64,000 bases of DNA from positions 1,504,001-1,568,000 of the forward strand of contig OZ250172.1 in NCBI GenBank assembly GCA_965237905.1, given 5' to 3'. The translations under genes and the position numbers were made by a program. A model generated the notes under the pieces. That model worked only from the letters and a program-made list of their open reading frames with translations, did not search any database and was not told the origin of the DNA. Origin of the DNA: Nitrospinaceae bacterium (GTDB lineage: Bacteria; Nitrospinota; Nitrospinia; Nitrospinales; Nitrospinaceae). This document shows positions 60,307-64,000 of this stretch, piece after piece (position 1 is the stretch's first letter; each line of letters begins with the position of its first letter).

Positions 60307-60401
60307 CCAGCGTCACGCTGGAAATCCCCCTGGCCCCCTTCAAGAAGGGGGTATATTGTGTCGCCCTTCGACAGGCTCAGGGTGACACCGGCGAGCCGCC
60401 G
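60307..60401 (+). repeat. Repeat mosaic: palindrome E (CCAGCGTCACGCTGG) + family A + family C + CGGCGAGCCGCCG
   Basis: Units at 60307-60321, 60322-60351, 60364-60387 and 60389-60401; each recurs elsewhere in the window. Confidence 0.75.
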
Positions 60402-60419
60402 GAGGCAATTTAAAAAATT

Positions 60420-62312
60420 ATGAAAAATTACGATGTCATAGTCATAGGTGCGGGGCATGCCGGGTGTGAGGCGGCGCTGGCGTCGGCGCGGATGGGATGC
60501 GCCACGCTTCTGCTGACGCTCGATCTGGACAAGATCGCCCTGATGCCGTGCAATCCCGCCATCGGCGGTGTCGCCAAGGGCCACATGGTCTACGAGATGG
60601 ACGCCCTCGGCGGGCAGATGGCGCGCGTCATCGACCAGACCGGTATCCAGTTCCGCATGCTCAACGCCTCGAAAGGCCCCGCCGTGCAGGGCAACCGCGC
60701 GCAGGCGGACAAACATCAGTACAAAACCGAAATGCGTCGCGTGCTGGAAGCGCAAAGCCACCTCACCATCGCCCGGGAAGAGGCGGAAGAACTCATCGTC
60801 ACGGGCGGAGTGATCCGCGGACTCCGCACCGCCCAGGGCAACGAGTATTTGGCGGGCGCGGTGGTCATCACCACCGGCACCTTCCTGCGCGGCCTCGTGC
60901 ACGTCGGCATGAACAGTCACCCTGCCGGACGTGTCGGCGAAAAGCCGTCCAACATGCTTTCCGAATCGTTGCTGGCCTGCGGGTTCGAGGTGGCACGTCT
61001 CAAAACCGGCACGCCGCCGCGTTTACTGCGCGACACCATCGACTTTTCGAAATGCGATATTCAGGAAGGCGACCGTGACCCGAAACCGTTTTCGTTCCAG
61101 ACCGAATCGGTCGACCAGCGCCCGAAGGTGCCGTGTCATCTGACTTACACCAACGAGAAGACGGCTGAGATCATCAAGAACAACATGCACCTGTCACCGT
61201 TGTACAGCGGCAAGATCGAGGGCGTCGGACCGCGTTACTGTCCGTCGATCGAGGACAAGGTGGTGAAGTTTCCCGACAAGAGCACGCACCATATCTTCCT
61301 CGAACCGGAAGGGCTCGACACCGACTGGATTTATCCCAACGGCATCTCCACCAGCCTGGCGGAGGAGGTGCAGATCCAGGTCGTACGCTCGATCCCCGGA
61401 CTGGAAGAGGCCGAGATGGTGCGCCCCGGTTACGCGGTGGAATACGACTTCATCCCGCCGACGCAATTGAAAGCGACGCTGGAGACCAAGCGCGTGCGCG
61501 GTTTGTTTCATGCCGGGCAACTCAACGGCACTTCCGGTTATGAAGAAGCGGCGGCGCAGGGATTGATCGCCGGCATCAACGCTGCTCTGCAGGTGCAGAA
61601 GCGCGATCCGTTCGTGCTGACGCGCATGGACGCGTACATCGGCGTGCTGATCGACGACCTCGTCACCCAGGGCACGAAGGAGCCGTACCGCATGTTCACC
61701 TCGCGCGCGGAGTATCGTTTACTGTTGAGGCAGGACAACGCCGACTTGCGCCTGATGGGCAAGGGCCACGAACTCGGGTTGATCCCGAAAGAAGTGTACC
61801 AGGCGTCGCTCGACAAGCACCGCGCGGTGGAAGTGGAAGTGGATCGCCTCAACCGCACCCCCATCGTGCCCAACAAACCGACGCTCGCGCAGTTGTCGCA
61901 GATCGGCATCTTTGATCTTAAAGGACCCACTACACTGGGCGGTCTTCTGCGGCGTCCGGAGATTAATTACGGTCAGTTGATCGATGTGTTTAACGGCGCG
62001 TCGGTACCGAAGACGGTAGCGGAGCTGGTGGAGATTCAGGTGAAGTACGAAACGTTCATCGAGCGGCAGAACCAGATGGTCGCCAGGCAGAAGAAGCTGG
62101 AGAACTACGTCATCCCGGCGGACATGGATTACCGGGGCGTTTCCGGACTGTCCAACGAGGAGGTGCAGAAGCTGGAGGAAATCCGCCCGGCGACGCTGGG
62201 CCAGGCCCTGCGCATCTCCGGGGTGACCCCCGCGGCGGTCAGCATCCTCATGCTCCTGCTCGAGAGGAGAGGCTCCTCACCCTCCTTACCCATAAACGCC
62301 TCCATTGGATGA
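60420..62312 (+). CDS. mnmG: tRNA uridine 5-carboxymethylaminomethyl modification enzyme MnmG/GidA
   Basis: [61 protein letters not shown]. Confidence 0.98.
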   Translation: MKNYDVIVIGAGHAGCEAALASARMGCATLLLTLDLDKIALMPCNPAIGGVAKGHMVYEMDALGGQMARVIDQTGIQFRMLNASKGPAVQGNRAQADKHQYKTEMRRVLEAQSHLTIAREEAEELIVTGGVIRGLRTAQGNEYLAGAVVITTGTFLRGLVHVGMNSHPAGRVGEKPSNMLSESLLACGFEVARLKTGTPPRLLRDTIDFSKCDIQEGDRDPKPFSFQTESVDQRPKVPCHLTYTNEKTAEIIKNNMHLSPLYSGKIEGVGPRYCPSIEDKVVKFPDKSTHHIFLEPEGLDTDWIYPNGISTSLAEEVQIQVVRSIPGLEEAEMVRPGYAVEYDFIPPTQLKATLETKRVRGLFHAGQLNGTSGYEEAAAQGLIAGINAALQVQKRDPFVLTRMDAYIGVLIDDLVTQGTKEPYRMFTSRAEYRLLLRQDNADLRLMGKGHELGLIPKEVYQASLDKHRAVEVEVDRLNRTPIVPNKPTLAQLSQIGIFDLKGPTTLGGLLRRPEINYGQLIDVFNGASVPKTVAELVEIQVKYETFIERQNQMVARQKKLENYVIPADMDYRGVSGLSNEEVQKLEEIRPATLGQALRISGVTPAAVSILMLLLERRGSSPSLPINASIG

Positions 62313-62320
62313 TTTTCTAA

Positions 62321-62545
62321 GTGCAGCACACTGATTCCGTGCAATGGATTCTCGAAGTCAACAAGAGCGATATTGCCTACATCGTCGGTCTGTTCGAAGC
62401 CTATGACGACTTCGCGGTGGTGCGCACGATCGACCCGGCGCGAGGTCATATCGAACTCATGACCTCCCCGGACTACGTCGGCGAAGTGGCAAAACTGGTG
62501 GAACGTCTTGCAGATGAAATTCCCCTGCGCATTCTTAAAAGCTAG
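62321..62545 (+). CDS. Small DUF4911-like protein
   Basis: DIAYI..FEAYD..AVVRTIDP..G.IEL pattern; GTG start right after mnmG. Confidence 0.75.
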   Translation: MQHTDSVQWILEVNKSDIAYIVGLFEAYDDFAVVRTIDPARGHIELMTSPDYVGEVAKLVERLADEIPLRILKS

Positions 62546-62674
62546 ACAGGATAACAGGATAAAAATCGGATAAAAAATTAGGGAAAAGAAGAAAGGGACA
62601 AACCGAGATTATTGCCTTGGACAAGCCCAGGGTAGGCACCAGTGGTTGATCAGATTTTATCCCGTTATCCTGTC
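62545..62674. repeat. 130-bp MITE-like element bounded by 20-bp inverted repeats
   Basis: GACAGGATAACAGGATAAAA (62545-62564) versus TTTTATCCCGTTATCCTGTC (62655-62674), 19/20 complementary. Confidence 0.65.
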
Positions 62675-62711
62675 AAATTTTTCAGGTTTTCTCTGTGCCC
62701 TCTGTGGTGAC

Positions 62712-62741
62712 AAATCCCCCCATCCCCCTTCACAAAGGGGG
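62712..62741 (+). repeat. REP-like repeat family A copy
   Basis: AAATCCCCCCATCCCCCTTCACAAAGGGGG, preceded by CTCTGTGGTG (CTCTGCGGTG at the 28045 copy). Confidence 0.75.
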
Positions 62742-62745
62742 AGCA

Positions 62746-63264
62746 TTAAAACTGAATCAGTGAATACATCGGCAGGTCTTTGAGTTTCTCGCGGCCGTTG
62801 AGGAAGGTGAGTTCGATGATGAACGCGGCTTCGACGATTTCCGCGTGGAAGTTTTGGCGGATCATATCAACCGTCGCGGCCATGGTGCCGCCGGTGGCGA
62901 GTACGTCATCGATGATCACCACGCGTTCGCCTTCCTTCAGTGCGTCCTGATGAATCTCGACGGTGTCGGTGCCGTATTCCAGATCGTAGGTCTGCTTAAA
63001 AGTTTTGTACGGAAGCTTGCCGGGTTTGCGCACCATGACACATCCCGCGCCCAGTGCATAGGCGAGGGTCGCGGCGAAGATGAACCCGCGCGCCTCGATG
63101 CCCACCACATGATCGATCTTCTTCCCTGTGTAGCGTTCTTTTAAGTGATCCACCACGGTGGTGAACTGCACGGGGTCTCCCAACAGCGGCGTGATGTCCT
63201 TGAAGATGATGCCTTTCTTGGGAAAGTCGGGGATGTCCCGGATAATCTGCCTCAGCGCTTCCAT
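62746..63264 (-). CDS. apt: Adenine phosphoribosyltransferase
   Basis: [44 protein letters not shown]. Confidence 0.97.
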   Translation of the reverse strand: MEALRQIIRDIPDFPKKGIIFKDITPLLGDPVQFTTVVDHLKERYTGKKIDHVVGIEARGFIFAATLAYALGAGCVMVRKPGKLPYKTFKQTYDLEYGTDTVEIHQDALKEGERVVIIDDVLATGGTMAATVDMIRQNFHAEIVEAAFIIELTFLNGREKLKDLPMYSLIQF

Positions 63265-63335
63265 TGCATTCCTTTCGGGTGATTAAAAATCAAAACGGTT
63301 GTCTGACGGGAGTCTAACTTAAAGAGTGAAGAATA

Positions 63336-64000
63336 TCATTTTTTGAAATACAGGAATGGGTTTTTGGCATGGGTATCGTTGCGCACTTCGAAATGCAGGT
63401 GCGGTCCGCTGGCCCGTCCGGTTTTGCCGACGCGCCCGATCATCTGGCCGCGTTTTACCTTATTACCCTTTTTGACAAGGTTGCGCGAGTTGTGCGCATA
63501 CACCGTGGTCAGGTTGCCGGGATGTTTGATGATGATCATCTGGCCGTATCCCGTTGGACCCCACCCGCTGAACTCGACTTTTCCACCCTCGGCGGCACGG
63601 ATGGGTGTTCCCCGGCGCGCGCCGATGTCGATGCCATGATGATTTTTGCCGTTGCGCGTTCCGAAACGTGACGTCAGCACGCCGCCTTTCACCGGCCACA
63701 TCAGTTTTCTCTTCGCGGACGTCGTTTTCCTTTTGGTGACTGTCTTCTTTTTGGCACTGGATTTCTTTTTCTGGGGGACGGGTGGTTTGGAAACACCGGG
63801 GGCGTTGGGCACCGTCGGCGCAACGTACACGACCCGGTCTGCCTTGGGAATCCACAAAAAATGCCCCACATCCAATTCCGACGGGTCCCGGATCCCGTTG
63901 ATCCGTTGCAGTTCGTTGACACTCATTCCATACGCTTTGGCGATGGAGTACAACGTCTGCCCCTTTTTGACCGGGTGGTAGATGCCATCGGATCTGTGAA
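63336..64000 (-). CDS. LysM + M23 peptidase (NlpD-like), 5' end beyond the window
   Basis: Frame open to the edge (GIYHPVKKGQTLYSIA, LysM); HHGIDI, VYAHN, GPHLHFEVR. Confidence 0.92.
   Translation of the reverse strand, partial: HRSDGIYHPVKKGQTLYSIAKAYGMSVNELQRINGIRDPSELDVGHFLWIPKADRVVYVAPTVPNAPGVSKPPVPQKKKSSAKKKTVTKRKTTSAKRKLMWPVKGGVLTSRFGTRNGKNHHGIDIGARRGTPIRAAEGGKVEFSGWGPTGYGQMIIIKHPGNLTTVYAHNSRNLVKKGNKVKRGQMIGRVGKTGRASGPHLHFEVRNDTHAKNPFLYFKK

Noticed and set aside
1..64000. tRNA, rRNA, CRISPR array, transposase or integrase
   Set aside because: None recognised by eye; a tRNAscan/Infernal run would be needed to exclude small RNAs formally

Overview
A gene-dense bacterial chromosomal window; the gene content resembles Nitrospinae/deltaproteobacteria-type genomes (inference only). 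It holds housekeeping genes (ftsK, nadB, nadD, rsfS, dksA-like, lapB-like, aroB, miaB, nagZ, ppdK, glyS, mnmG, apt) and a type IVa pilus machinery operon (HTH-pilMNOPQ-aroB) with an unusually large PilP fusion. The most striking element is a ~17 kb co-oriented locus (5.2-22.0 kb). It has two short, aromatic- and Ser/Thr-rich type IVa pilins, each with a sigma54 promoter and an IHF site at identical spacing. Downstream lie a TMEM260/DUF2723-like GT-C transferase, five tandem YfhO-like GT-C paralogues and a polyprenol-phosphate-type GT2. I infer this is a multi-GT-C pilin/surface-protein glycosylation system. Other notable items: an MBL hydrolase that appears to start at ATT, a GH57 gene split by a 1-nt frameshift, a structured leader with candidate operators upstream of an XRE regulator, two OMP paralogues sharing a near-identical 5' cassette, a low-GC DUF4062 gene nested in inverted REP-like repeats, and several families of short intergenic repeats forming mosaics. 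No tRNA, rRNA, CRISPR array, transposase or integrase was recognised. All family assignments are by motif recognition, not database search.
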